Shown here piece by piece: positions 26,524-35,868 of a DNA stretch of 64,000 bases. Position 1 is the stretch's first letter, and every line of letters begins with the position of its first letter. A program made the position numbers and the translations under genes. The DNA comes from an uncultured Nitrososphaerota archaeon (lineage in GTDB: Archaea; Korarchaeota; Korarchaeia; Korarchaeales; Korarchaeaceae): contig CAZQNA010000001.1 of the NCBI GenBank assembly GCA_964594835.1, positions 128,001 to 192,000 on the forward strand, given 5' to 3'. The notes under the pieces are model-generated. The model was not told the origin of the DNA and did no database searches. It saw only the letters and a list, made by a program, of their open reading frames with translations.

Positions 26524-28095
26524 TCAGATGAACATCATGACGGCCAGCGTCACAAAGGACATGAACCCGAGCTCCCTCAGGCCGGACGTGAAGTGCCCAG
26601 TCCTCACGGTGCCGAGGCTGAGGGCTATGACGGTGGTTTGGGCGAAGGCCTGGAATAGGATGGCGCTCCTCACCGTCTTCGATGCCACCTTTGAGATCGC
26701 CTCCACGTTCAGTATCCTGAACATCAGCACGTAGGACCCGACGACCAGGAAGAACGCGAGGAGCGCCGTCAGGTAGTTGGCCATCTTCTGCCCCTCCGTG
26801 TCCATCCAGAGCTCCCTTATTCGGCCGGTGAACTCGGATATGGTCTCAAAGGTCTCCTCCAGGTCGGCCCCGGCGTTGAGCGCGTTGATTATGAGCAGGC
26901 TGATGAGCCTGGAGACGCTGTACCTGACCTCCCTGGCGACGCTCTGCAGTATGACCATGTAGGGCAGCCTGAGCTTCGCCCAGGCCTTCATCTTGGAGAC
27001 GAGCTCCCTCAGCGGCTTGTAGGGCGCCTTAGCTGAGAGTATGGCGTCTGAGAAGGGCCTTCCCCCCCTGAGCTCGGCGAATATGTCCTGCAGGAGCATC
27101 GGAAAGTCGAAGGCCTGCCCCTTCAGCACCCACTCCTCCCTCCTTATGGTGAGCCACCCGACGATCCCGCCGACCCCCACGGCCAGCATGGCAATCCGGG
27201 TCGTCCCGAGTTCGACGGGCAGGGGGCTCATCCCCCTGGTCTCCAGGTATGAGAAGGCTGAGAAGGCGATGGCCATCACGCTCAGCGACCTGGCCCAGGC
27301 GTGGATGACTGTGTCCTGCTTGAAGTAGAAGAGCCTGGTGCTGAACACCTTGAAGAGGAAGACGAATATTGGTGAGGGCACGACCGTGGTGGCTATGGTG
27401 GCGACGAGGGGGCCCGAGCTAACCGCGCCCTCCTGGGCGAGGGCCTGGAAGGAGAATATCATGATCATGACGAACGGGAAGATCGTGGCCGTGAGGGTGT
27501 AGATGATGAGGACCATCATCAGCCTCTCGGTCCTCTCGCGCAGCGCTATGATCGTCCTGTTGATGGAGTCCTCCAGCTCCACCTTGAGCATCTCGCTGAC
27601 GGCCTCCCCCCTGGTCGCCAGGTAGTCGTGGAGCCTGGCGTACACCCTGGACCATGCCTGGCTCGGTGACAGCCGCCTGTTTATCTCCAGTCCCGCGAGC
27701 GAGCCGGCCGCGGCTATCCTGCTGGCCACCCTCCTGAAGTACTCCGCCGCCTCCTTCTTCGGAGCTATGTTGGCGGCCACCCTGAAGCAGTCGCTGAGGG
27801 CTCTCCCCACCCTCTGGAGGATCCACAGGGATGCTAGGTAGGCCCAGAGGTCCTCCTCGACGCTGCTGGCCAGGGCCAGCATTCCCAGGAAGGGGGTCAC
27901 CAGGTAGATCAGTGGGGGTATCGCGGCCAGGGGCACGGCGTAGTAGGGCTTCTTCAGCAGCCCGAAGTAGGCCGCGGCCGCGGAGAGCCCCGACGACACC
28001 ACCGCGATTAGGATCAGCCTCCTCTTGAAGCCCTCAGGTCTGACGTCGTACATCCCGGCCTTTATCAGCAGCTCGTTGGAGATCAACTGGATCAC
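26524..28095 (-). CDS. Type IV pilus membrane platform (TadB/TadC-like, two T2SSF domains)
   Basis: Multi-TM; two FP.LL...GRP / L..GRAL-type cytoplasmic domains; directly downstream of the assembly ATPase. Confidence 0.8.
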   Translation of the reverse strand: MIQLISNELLIKAGMYDVRPEGFKRRLILIAVVSSGLSAAAAYFGLLKKPYYAVPLAAIPPLIYLVTPFLGMLALASSVEEDLWAYLASLWILQRVGRALSDCFRVAANIAPKKEAAEYFRRVASRIAAAGSLAGLEINRRLSPSQAWSRVYARLHDYLATRGEAVSEMLKVELEDSINRTIIALRERTERLMMVLIIYTLTATIFPFVMIMIFSFQALAQEGAVSSGPLVATIATTVVPSPIFVFLFKVFSTRLFYFKQDTVIHAWARSLSVMAIAFSAFSYLETRGMSPLPVELGTTRIAMLAVGVGGIVGWLTIRREEWVLKGQAFDFPMLLQDIFAELRGGRPFSDAILSAKAPYKPLRELVSKMKAWAKLRLPYMVILQSVAREVRYSVSRLISLLIINALNAGADLEETFETISEFTGRIRELWMDTEGQKMANYLTALLAFFLVVGSYVLMFRILNVEAISKVASKTVRSAILFQAFAQTTVIALSLGTVRTGHFTSGLRELGFMSFVTLAVMMFI

Positions 28096-29528
28096 CTTGC
28101 CAGGGCCATCTTCGCCCTGAACTTGGCGACCCTGGCGGCGAGCTCGTCGACCCTCCTCAGGTACTCGTCCACCACGTCATTGAGCGGGCGCCCCTCCTTC
28201 TTGGCAATCTCCCTGAAGAGGACGCTGCTCCTGAGCGGGTCTCCCACCAGCTCGTCGTACTTCAGGGTGAACACGTCGTTAAGCCTAAGCTCCTCATCCT
28301 CGTAGAGGATCTCCGAGATTCTGACGACCCTCCTCTTCTTCCCCTCCCTCCTGAGGAGGACCGCCACCTTGAAGTCGGCCACCCTCTCCTCGGGCAGGTT
28401 GATGGGGTCGCTGGTCAGCCTTGCGAGCACGCCCTCCAGCGTGTCCGAGTGGAAGGTCGTGAGCGCGGTGTGGCCCAGGTGGATGAACTGGACCAGGAGC
28501 CTGGTCTCGGCTCCCCTGCTCTCGCCCACGACCACATAGTCAGGCCTCATCCTCAGCACGTCCCTCATGAGGTCGGCTATGGTGAGTCCCGCCGCAGATA
28601 CCCCGGGGGGCTGACCGATCAGGGAGGTCCAGTTCCCGTGCTCCGGCAGGTGTATCTCCGGCGTGTCCTCAACCGTGACTATGTGCCTGTCCTTGGGCAG
28701 GAGGGAGAGGAGGGCGTTCAGGAAGGTGGTCTTCCCGCTCCCCGTCTCCCCGACTATGAAGCCTGACATCCCGTGCTCCGCGACCAGCCAGAGGTACGCG
28801 GCCGCCTCGACGGTGATCGTGCCGTACATTATAAGCTCCTCTATCCCGGGCCTCCTGACGAACTTCCTTATGGTGAAGGTGGTCCCGCCCTCGCTGGCGG
28901 CGGGGCCGAAGAGGGCGTGGACCCTGCTGCCGTCGGGGAGCCTGCCCTCCAGCCTCGGCCGGGCCAGCGAGACCTGCCTGCCCACCATCTCGGCGAGCTT
29001 CAGGACGATGAACCTGGCCTCCTCCTCAGAGATCTCCACGTTGCTCTCGAACCAGCTCGGCCTGCCGGAGAGGAAGACGTAGATCTTCCTGGAGCCCCTG
29101 GCCGGCAGGGTGAGGTCCTCGACCTCCCCGTCCCTGAGGATGGGGTCTAGCTTCCCGAGGCCCTGGATGTCCCTCCTCAGATAGTAGGTGAAGGCCCTGA
29201 TCGCCCTGTCGACCCTCTCGTTCGGCGGCCTGCCCTTCTTCAGCTTCACCTTCAGCGCCCTGGTGGCCGCCTCCAGGTAGAGGTCGTTCAGCTTCTCCAT
29301 CTCGTCCATGGTTATCCTGGAAAGGACGAACTCCTTGGCCTCCTCCAGCAGGTCCGCCGGGGGCTCGGGGGGCTCCAGGATGACGTACTTGTCCCCGAGG
29401 AGGCCGCGCCACGCCAGCCCCCCCTCTATCTCCAGGACGTCCTCTAGGCCCTCCAAGAGGGAGTAATGCTCCTCCCAAACGTCAACGAAGGCCAAGGGAT
29501 CCTCCTTCTTCTTCCCGCGGCCGAACAA
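28092..29528 (-). CDS. Type II/IV secretion (TadA/VirB11-like) pilus assembly ATPase
   Basis: FTIRKF, GETGSGKTT, TVEDTPE, LRMRPDYVVVGESRG.E, GH..LTTFH. Confidence 0.95.
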   Translation of the reverse strand: MFGRGKKKEDPLAFVDVWEEHYSLLEGLEDVLEIEGGLAWRGLLGDKYVILEPPEPPADLLEEAKEFVLSRITMDEMEKLNDLYLEAATRALKVKLKKGRPPNERVDRAIRAFTYYLRRDIQGLGKLDPILRDGEVEDLTLPARGSRKIYVFLSGRPSWFESNVEISEEEARFIVLKLAEMVGRQVSLARPRLEGRLPDGSRVHALFGPAASEGGTTFTIRKFVRRPGIEELIMYGTITVEAAAYLWLVAEHGMSGFIVGETGSGKTTFLNALLSLLPKDRHIVTVEDTPEIHLPEHGNWTSLIGQPPGVSAAGLTIADLMRDVLRMRPDYVVVGESRGAETRLLVQFIHLGHTALTTFHSDTLEGVLARLTSDPINLPEERVADFKVAVLLRREGKKRRVVRISEILYEDEELRLNDVFTLKYDELVGDPLRSSVLFREIAKKEGRPLNDVVDEYLRRVDELAARVAKFRAKMALAR

Positions 29529-29592
29529 TGGCAGCCCCTCACCTCGGCCGGGGTGCCCTACCTTTTTTCGATTCCGCTCCGGAGGCCGCCCC

Positions 29593-30057
29593 TCAGCCTC
29601 CCACGCCGGGCAGCTGCGCTATTATGTTGGCCACCTTGATCAGGTAGGAGTCCGTTCCTTGGTCGTAGGCCAGTACTATGAAGATCTTTCCGCTGTAGAG
29701 CTTCGGGGGGGACGTGACGTTGATGGACGAGTAGTAGGGCGCCTCGGCCTTGACCCTTATCTCCCCGGTCAGGGTCCTCGCCACCACCCAGACCTCCACG
29801 ACCGACCTGTTCTCGTCCACGTGCATCTCGTAGTACTTGTTGGGCGACTCAGGCGCCTCCACGACGGCCACCTGGGACATCACGCCAGACTCGTACGCTC
29901 GAGCGACGAACGTTATCTCGGTCGCCAGGGTGGTGGCCAGGTCCCTCGCCTCCCTCTCCAGCTTGTAGGACACCACCGCTGGCCTGATAGCGATTATGTA
30001 CGCCGATATGATGAGCGCGACGAGGATTATGGCCCCCCAGGTCACGGCCTGCTCCAA
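29593..30057 (-). CDS. Minor pilin-like protein
   Basis: Single N-terminal hydrophobic helix plus beta-rich head; within the pilus operon. Confidence 0.65.
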   Translation of the reverse strand: MEQAVTWGAIILVALIISAYIIAIRPAVVSYKLEREARDLATTLATEITFVARAYESGVMSQVAVVEAPESPNKYYEMHVDENRSVVEVWVVARTLTGEIRVKAEAPYYSSINVTSPPKLYSGKIFIVLAYDQGTDSYLIKVANIIAQLPGVGG

Positions 30058-31173
30058 CTACACACCCCCTGCGGCGTATACCCTCACGAACAGGACGTAT
30101 GGTGCTATTAACACTAAGTTCGACGAGTTGTACTCGTCGTCCGCGCGGGTCATGTGGATGACCCAGGGTCCCGGGGAGACCCTCAGCGGATCGTTCAGCC
30201 TCCAGTTGTATGACGAGACCCCAGAGACGTTGAAGAGGAGCTTCCCCGTCACGGGAGACCGAACCTCCATGTTCCCCGCAACCCCGTAGGATATGGAGAT
30301 GGTCTCGCCGACGAAGGCCATGTGCTTGTCGACGTCCACCCAGGGCCTGTTCGGGACGGTCACCTTCTCCCTCACCGGCGCCTGCGCGTCGGCGACTATG
30401 TTGAGGTGCCCGGCGCCCGGGTCGTAGACGAACCTGATGGACATGCTCCCGGCGGACTCGCACGGGGCCAGGGGACAGCAGAAGGTGCCGTCTGAGTGAT
30501 AGCAGTACTCTATCGGCTCGAGCCTGCCCTCGTAGAAGTAGGTTCCGTTCTGGTAGTCTCCGTTTCCTGAGAGCGAGTGGTCCGGTGGGCAGCTCGTGCA
30601 GTTGTGGCAGCCCGTGCAGCTTCCGCACGACTGATACGGCAGGTCGATGTCGACGCTCACGTTCTTCTCCTCGGCCGGCACGCCGGAAGGCAGGTGGACG
30701 AACGTAGAGTAGACGCGGACGTAGTCCATGTCGAGGCTCTGCGTCCCGTACCTGTACACGTCCCTCGCTGGGACGATGAACCCCTTGACGGTCCCGTTGG
30801 AGGGCAGGTAAACGGGGGCGGGCTTCTCCACGACCGTCACGTCTCCACGCAGAGTCTGGTTGATCACGTAGAACGATCCCGCCTCGCCCGTCCCGTTGCT
30901 CACCACGAGCTGGACGACTAGGCTGAGGCCGGTGTCCGTCGCGACGGCCAGGGACCAGTTGTAGAGGGTCGCGCTGAGCTCCGTCCCGTTGAGGGGGCCG
31001 TAGGCGAACTCGTGGACGTAGTAGTAGGCCGCCACGGAGGCGAGGCTCCTGGCCACCTGCCTCCTGTAAAGCTCCGAGCTGATCTCCACCCTCGGTCTGA
31101 GGGCAAGGACGGTCGTCAGGGCTATCCCTATCAGGACGATCCCGAGAACCGCCTCGAGTGGCTCCACGTCCAT
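30058..31173 (-). CDS. Minor pilin-like protein with Cys-rich insert
   Basis: N-terminal LEAVLGIVLIGIAL helix; several N-x-S/T sequons; CGSCTGCHNCTSC. Confidence 0.7.
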   Translation of the reverse strand: MDVEPLEAVLGIVLIGIALTTVLALRPRVEISSELYRRQVARSLASVAAYYYVHEFAYGPLNGTELSATLYNWSLAVATDTGLSLVVQLVVSNGTGEAGSFYVINQTLRGDVTVVEKPAPVYLPSNGTVKGFIVPARDVYRYGTQSLDMDYVRVYSTFVHLPSGVPAEEKNVSVDIDLPYQSCGSCTGCHNCTSCPPDHSLSGNGDYQNGTYFYEGRLEPIEYCYHSDGTFCCPLAPCESAGSMSIRFVYDPGAGHLNIVADAQAPVREKVTVPNRPWVDVDKHMAFVGETISISYGVAGNMEVRSPVTGKLLFNVSGVSSYNWRLNDPLRVSPGPWVIHMTRADDEYNSSNLVLIAPYVLFVRVYAAGGV

Positions 31174-31177
31174 GCCA

Positions 31178-31693
31178 TCACCCCGACACCGTTATCGTGA
31201 CCTTGTAGAGCCCCCTCGGCAGCGTCGTGGTTCCTATAGAGGCGTCCCCAGCCAAGTAGACAACCAGGGTCGACGACAGGACGCTCTCCCTGAGCACCGG
31301 AGTACCGAGGGTCAGAGCCGGCGAATCCTCAAATGTCGCGGTGGAGGCGTTGTACTGGAAGAAGACGAGCCTGAAATCTATCCCCGAGGCCACCACAGAC
31401 CTCCTCAAATCCTCGTAGTCCATGCGCGAGAGGTTCTCCAGCTTCTCGGGGTCGACCACGTAGGGCCAGACGGTCGTGAAGTTGACCCCCCTCTCCTCCA
31501 GTGCGAGGCCCACCGAGGGTGGTGTTGCGTTCCAGTCCCCGGGGTTCTCGAACAGCTGGACTGTGGCCAGCTCCAGCGCGGTCTCGAGCGCCTGAGGGCT
31601 GGAGGCGGAGTGGCTCCTCAGGATGTTTATGGCGTACCCCCCAAAGATCAGGACGGGGATCATCGACGCGAGGAACACCAGGGCCTTCCTCAT
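31178..31693 (-). CDS. Minor pilin-like protein
   Basis: N-terminal TM; NPGDW...SVGLA...D.EKL..L..MDYEDLR pattern typical of archaeal pilus accessory subunits. Confidence 0.7.
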   Translation of the reverse strand: MRKALVFLASMIPVLIFGGYAINILRSHSASSPQALETALELATVQLFENPGDWNATPPSVGLALEERGVNFTTVWPYVVDPEKLENLSRMDYEDLRRSVVASGIDFRLVFFQYNASTATFEDSPALTLGTPVLRESVLSSTLVVYLAGDASIGTTTLPRGLYKVTITVSG

Positions 31694-31697
31694 GCGC

Positions 31698-32192
31698 TCA
31701 TCCCCCCGAGGCCACTACGCGGATCGTCTTGTTCCCAACATTCTCCACCACCAGCGGGACGTCGGAGCCGGATGGGATCGCGCCTGACAGCGTGAGGTTC
31801 CACCCCCCGATGGCCATAACCTTGAAGACGAGCTGAGATTCTTCCACGGTCTGATTGACGATCGAAACCGCCCCGGTGGCGAGTACAACCGATCCTGAAA
31901 ATCTCGGGGGGTTCTTTAGCATGATCCAGATGCTCTTGTTCACTTCTGTCCCCTTTCCGGCTAGGACTACAACTTCAGAGGGAACCTCAAATCTCAGAGT
32001 CGTTCTGGCCCCTCTTCCGGCGGCTGCAACGCTCTCTAAGGCATCGTGAAGCTGAAGGGCAATGTTTCTTGCCTGAACAAAACTCGCCTCCCTCTGTCTC
32101 TCCTCAATCATCGGAAAGAAGAGAGTGTACGCCACCAGGATTATTGTCAAGCCGAGAAGAATCCCCACAGCGGTCTCTATTGAGGCCTCCAC
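31698..32192 (-). CDS. Minor pilin-like protein
   Basis: ASIETAVGILLGLTII pilin helix; L..V...G.GART.L.F.VP. Confidence 0.7.
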   Translation of the reverse strand: MEASIETAVGILLGLTIILVAYTLFFPMIEERQREASFVQARNIALQLHDALESVAAAGRGARTTLRFEVPSEVVVLAGKGTEVNKSIWIMLKNPPRFSGSVVLATGAVSIVNQTVEESQLVFKVMAIGGWNLTLSGAIPSGSDVPLVVENVGNKTIRVVASGG

Positions 32193-32300
32193 CGCCGATC
32201 ATTCTTTGGTCCTGCGGGGAGTAGTTATAATGGCTGCGATCTTGGGCGATTCGCGGCCACCCAAGGTGGGTGGAGGCCTCGCCTTTGAGTAATCTTTTAG

Positions 32301-32327
32301 GGGAAAAAGGAAAAGGTAAGGAAAAGT
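32301..32327 (-). terminator. U-rich terminator candidate after the pilin gene
   Basis: Minus strand reads CTTTTCCTTACCTTTTCCTTTTTCCC just after the stop. Confidence 0.5.
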
Positions 32328-32356
32328 GAGGGGACAATCTTAGAGAGGCCTAGGAT

Positions 32357-32812
32357 CTAGGGCCTGTATATATACTCGGCCCTCGTTCCCTCTGGGCCGT
32401 ACACGATTACAGTAAAGGTATCGGTCTGGCTCGCATCTGAAGGCCAGCTGGATACCTGCAGGACTACCGTCTCTCCTGGATCAAAGTTGTCGTCACCATT
32501 TCCTGAGTGTTCTTGAGCAGTGGCAGAGGTCGTGTTCTCACCAGACTTGGTCTTGAAGGTCACAGTCCACCCGGTCGCGTTCGTGCCAACAGCACTCGTT
32601 AGGGTGTTCGGGCCCTGATTCTTTACGTAGATCTGGTGACCGCTGGTATCGACGCTGATGATCTCCAGCGTGGTGGTTCCACCCACGAGCTGGGTCCTCC
32701 CAAGGGCGCTGAAGATGAAGCTGCCCACGGGAGAGAATATCAGCAGCGCGAGGGCCACCGCCAGGACGAGCAGTATGACTTCTACAGCCACCCTTGATAT
32801 GCCTGCCCTCAA
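32357..32812 (-). CDS. Archaeal type IV pilin (probable major pilin)
   Basis: Class III signal RAG|ISRVAVEVILL; IYVKNQG; DPGETV; own TTTTATTT promoter and terminator; TTG after GGTGA. Confidence 0.85.
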   Translation of the reverse strand: MRAGISRVAVEVILLVLAVALALLIFSPVGSFIFSALGRTQLVGGTTTLEIISVDTSGHQIYVKNQGPNTLTSAVGTNATGWTVTFKTKSGENTTSATAQEHSGNGDDNFDPGETVVLQVSSWPSDASQTDTFTVIVYGPEGTRAEYIYRP

Positions 32813-33097
32813 GGGTTTCACCCAGTAGGATGAGTTCGCGCAAGCTCAAATAAAAACTTCCCCGGGGTTTGACGGGTTAAGTCAGCCTGAGATTTCTCCC
32901 TCAAGCCATTTACAGGAAATTCTTCCGGAGGGTTCGATGAATCATCCACCTCTGCCGCCCTGCTCTGCGTTAAAATGGCGGCGCTTGAAAGCCCCAAGCA
33001 GCATAGGCTTTGTCAAAAAGAGGGCAAGCAAACGCAGTTTACATCACAGAGCTGCGCGTCCTTCACCCTCTCCGCCGAGAAAAATGGTTGGGGGAGT

Positions 33098-34147
33098 CTA
33101 GGACCACTCCCTCTCTCCTACTCTGACGTAGGTCGCCTTGCCCTGCGCCAGGAGGGCCCCTCCCTGCGCAGGGTGTCCCGCCATTCCTATGAATCCCCTC
33201 GCTATCCCGTCGATCTCGATCTCCAGCCTGATCCTCCCGAACTTGAAGTCCTTCCAGTCCTCGACCTCCACGTAGAGGACTCCCCTCTTGATGTAGTAGT
33301 AGAGGCTGAGGTCTGCGTTAACGGTTCCATCTTCGGCCTCCGCGGCCAGCAGGATGAGGCTCGGGCCGTGGACCACCTCGTTCCCGTTGACCTTTATGGA
33401 GGTGACCTCGACCGGCTTGCCGGCCTGGCCCACTATGACCCAGCAGTCCCTCACCTCCACCAGCGAGGCCCCTATGTTCTGGCCGATGTTCACCTCCACG
33501 GAGGCCCCCGCGGGTATCTGGTAGATCGGATCGCCGCTGGGCGCCGAGAGTATCCAGGCGAAGTCGGCGGCCACGAAGGATATGGTTCCGCTGAGTTCGA
33601 ACTGGGATCTCCCCGCACCGGCTACCAGGAAGTCGTAGTAGTTAACCTGCGGCGGATTCGTATCGTTTCCGCCTCCTCCACCTCCGCCGCCTCCTCCACC
33701 TCCGCCGCCTCCTCCACCTCCGCCGCCTCCTCCACCGCTCTCATTTCCACCTCCGCCGCCTCCTCCACCGCCTGAGGTCACGTTGACCTCAATTATGTAC
33801 GGGACCTTTCCGAGGGCCGTGTTGTTCCCGTGGACCATGAAGTAGGTGATCTCGCCAGTGGAGTCGTCGACGGAGAACAAGACCGTGACTCCCCTATCCT
33901 CCGCCTCCTGAGAGTAGGAGTTGAGCCTCTCCCTCACGAAGTCGGCCCTCTGGTCGGAGGGCAGGGTCTGGGCCTCGGCCACGACCCCTGCCACGTAGTC
34001 TCTGAGGTCGTAGAACTCGTCGTGGTAGGTCTCGTCGACTACTATGGGATTAGCCGTCATCAGCTCGGCGGAGAGCACCACTATTAAAGCGAGTGCGAAG
34101 GCCACAAGGGCGACGCCTCCGGCCGCCCTCCTCTTGGTGATTCTCAC
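33098..34147 (-). CDS. Pilin-like surface protein with poly-Gly linker
   Basis: Basic N-terminus plus hydrophobic helix; Gly9-NES-Gly23; beta-rich C-domain. Confidence 0.7.
   Translation of the reverse strand: MRITKRRAAGGVALVAFALALIVVLSAELMTANPIVVDETYHDEFYDLRDYVAGVVAEAQTLPSDQRADFVRERLNSYSQEAEDRGVTVLFSVDDSTGEITYFMVHGNNTALGKVPYIIEVNVTSGGGGGGGGGNESGGGGGGGGGGGGGGGGGGGGGGGNDTNPPQVNYYDFLVAGAGRSQFELSGTISFVAADFAWILSAPSGDPIYQIPAGASVEVNIGQNIGASLVEVRDCWVIVGQAGKPVEVTSIKVNGNEVVHGPSLILLAAEAEDGTVNADLSLYYYIKRGVLYVEVEDWKDFKFGRIRLEIEIDGIARGFIGMAGHPAQGGALLAQGKATYVRVGEREWS
33668..33772. repeat. 18-bp tandem repeat encoding poly-Gly
   Basis: GCCTCCTCCACCTCCGCC x3 at 33671-33724 plus partial copies. Confidence 0.9.
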
Positions 34148-34285
34148 GGCTTATCCCCGCTAATAGGGGGCCACTCCCCAATAATAAAACATTTCCCCCA
34201 GGCGGCCCCGTTAAATACCCTTCATTTTATGTCCGAGGGGCGCGAAGGTCAATTCTGCTCGCCCCCAAGGCCCGGAGGGGTTCAC

Positions 34286-34741
34286 TCAAGGCGAGTAACC
34301 GGCCCTCGCCCTGGTTGAGTAGGGCCCGTAGACGGCCACGTCGTGGGGCTCCCCCAGGTCCACGGTCGTCCCTAGGGCCAGCCTAAACACCTGGCCGACG
34401 GCTATCTCGTCGGAGCTCGAGAACGCAACCCCGTTGAGGTCCTCTATACTCGTCACCGACACGACGGAGCCGTCTATGACGACCGTCCAGACGTCGGTCC
34501 CCTCGACGGGCAGGGGGTCTGGCCCCAGGTTCCTCAGAAAGACGTAGGTAGTCCCGCCTGAGTTGTTCAGGCCCGGCGGGACGATCTCTATGTTCGAACG
34601 GGGGGTCCGGCTCTCAGCCAGACCTACGAAATGCAGCAGGGCGCCCCTGGTGAGCACGAAGACCATCCCCGCCGCAGCGACCCCCAGGACAAGGAGTACG
34701 GCGGTGATGGCCACCCTGGAGATGCCAGCCCTGGTCCTCAG
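34286..34741 (-). CDS. Archaeal type IV pilin
   Basis: RAG|ISRVAITAVLL; VFLRNLG; C-terminal VYGP as in the 32357 pilin; probable CTG start. Confidence 0.82.
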   Translation of the reverse strand: MRTRAGISRVAITAVLLVLGVAAAGMVFVLTRGALLHFVGLAESRTPRSNIEIVPPGLNNSGGTTYVFLRNLGPDPLPVEGTDVWTVVIDGSVVSVTSIEDLNGVAFSSSDEIAVGQVFRLALGTTVDLGEPHDVAVYGPYSTRARAGYSP

Positions 34742-34820
34742 CTTCGACCCCCCTCGGATCTCCCTCGCGGACGAGAAGCGCCCCTCCACGTTAAAAATGT
34801 GATACGTCGGCGGGCCTCAC

Positions 34821-35510
34821 GTGCCGACCTGCGCGCTCAACTCAGCCGTCTTGATCGCCACCCTGGCCGCGGCGGCCGCGCAGGACGTCAGGCGACGGCT
34901 GGTGGACGACTGGACCTGGCTGGGAGGGGTGGCCGCCGGCCTCCCGGCCCTGGCCTACTCGCTCTGGAAGTGCGGACTCCCCCAGAACCTGGGCCAGCAG
35001 GTCGCCGCGGGCGCTATCTTGGCGGTCATCCTGGTCGCCTCTTGGAGGCTGAGGCTCATGGGGGAGGCCGACATCCTGGCCTACGCCTCAGTCGAGCTGA
35101 TACACCCCGTGGGACCCGGTTACCTCCCCCCCTCGTTCTCGACGTTCCTCTACTCCAAGGCCCTCCTCCTCTTCGCCCCTCCTGTTCAGCTGGCGGTGAA
35201 CCTCGTGAGGGTCGCCAGAGATCCCTCCCTCCTGGAGGGGTTTGACGAGCCGGTCTGGAGGATTCTCCTCGCGCTTGCCCTCCTCACCCCTCGGCCCGGC
35301 CTTGGGGCGGTCCCGGCGGAGGAGCTCAGGCCCGGCGTGAGGAGGTTTAGGCTGTCCAGGGTTCTGGCCCCGGTCGAGGCGAAGGAGCCGGAGGGGGGGC
35401 CTTGCAGGTGGTACGTCCCGGCGTACCCCCTGCTCCCCCTGATAGCCGCCGGGTACCTCGTCTACCTGGTCGCAGGCGACCCGCTCGCGCTGGTGGCCGG
35501 GGCGCTCTGA
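34821..35510 (+). CDS. Prepilin peptidase, A24 family (PibD/FlaK-like)
   Basis: QDVRRRLVDD and MGEAD catalytic Asp motifs; C-terminal PAYPLLPLIAAG. Confidence 0.85.
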   Translation: MPTCALNSAVLIATLAAAAAQDVRRRLVDDWTWLGGVAAGLPALAYSLWKCGLPQNLGQQVAAGAILAVILVASWRLRLMGEADILAYASVELIHPVGPGYLPPSFSTFLYSKALLLFAPPVQLAVNLVRVARDPSLLEGFDEPVWRILLALALLTPRPGLGAVPAEELRPGVRRFRLSRVLAPVEAKEPEGGPCRWYVPAYPLLPLIAAGYLVYLVAGDPLALVAGAL

Positions 35511-35561
35511 CTCAAGCGTTATAAGCGGAGTCCCACGAGGGCGGTGCGAAGGTGATACCGC

Positions 35562-35825
35562 CTGGAGTACAGACTGCGGGAGGGCGCCTACGTCGAGGGG
35601 AGCTTCCTGGTGGACGAGGAGAGCGGGAACATCTACGAGCTGAACGATGAGGCGGCGGTGGTCCTTAGCCTCATCTCCGGGGAGTGGCTCTCTCCGGAGG
35701 GGATAGTCGAGCTGCTCTCGAGTGAGTGGGAGTTCGACGGTGAGGAGCAGGCAGCCAGGGATATAGAGGCGTTTCTAGAGAGCCTCTGCAGGGAGGGCGT
35801 GGTCCTCAAGAGGGAGCCCGCGTGA
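35562..35825 (+). CDS. Stand-alone PqqD/RRE family protein
   Basis: LVD..SG.IYELNDEAA.VL.L....IVE.L..E......RDI..FL..L...GV; probable CTG start. Confidence 0.85.
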   Translation: MEYRLREGAYVEGSFLVDEESGNIYELNDEAAVVLSLISGEWLSPEGIVELLSSEWEFDGEEQAARDIEAFLESLCREGVVLKREPA

Positions 35826-35868
35826 GCCCGGGTCGACCTGAGAGTCGGGCGGGGCGAGGTGAGGGGGT

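Noticed and set aside
30055-30060. In-frame TAG directly followed by the next pilin ORF (possible pyrrolysine readthrough)
   Set aside because: GGGGGTG SD precedes the TTG, the downstream ORF has its own pilin helix, and there are no pyl genes in the window.
32975-33080. Nested imperfect inverted repeats between pilin genes
   Set aside because: Short stems with no recognisable RNA boxes or IS ends; insufficient support.
33668-33772. Tandem repeat as CRISPR, or as the plus-strand ASSTSA ORF (32975-33775)
   Set aside because: No spacers; explained by poly-Gly on the minus strand.
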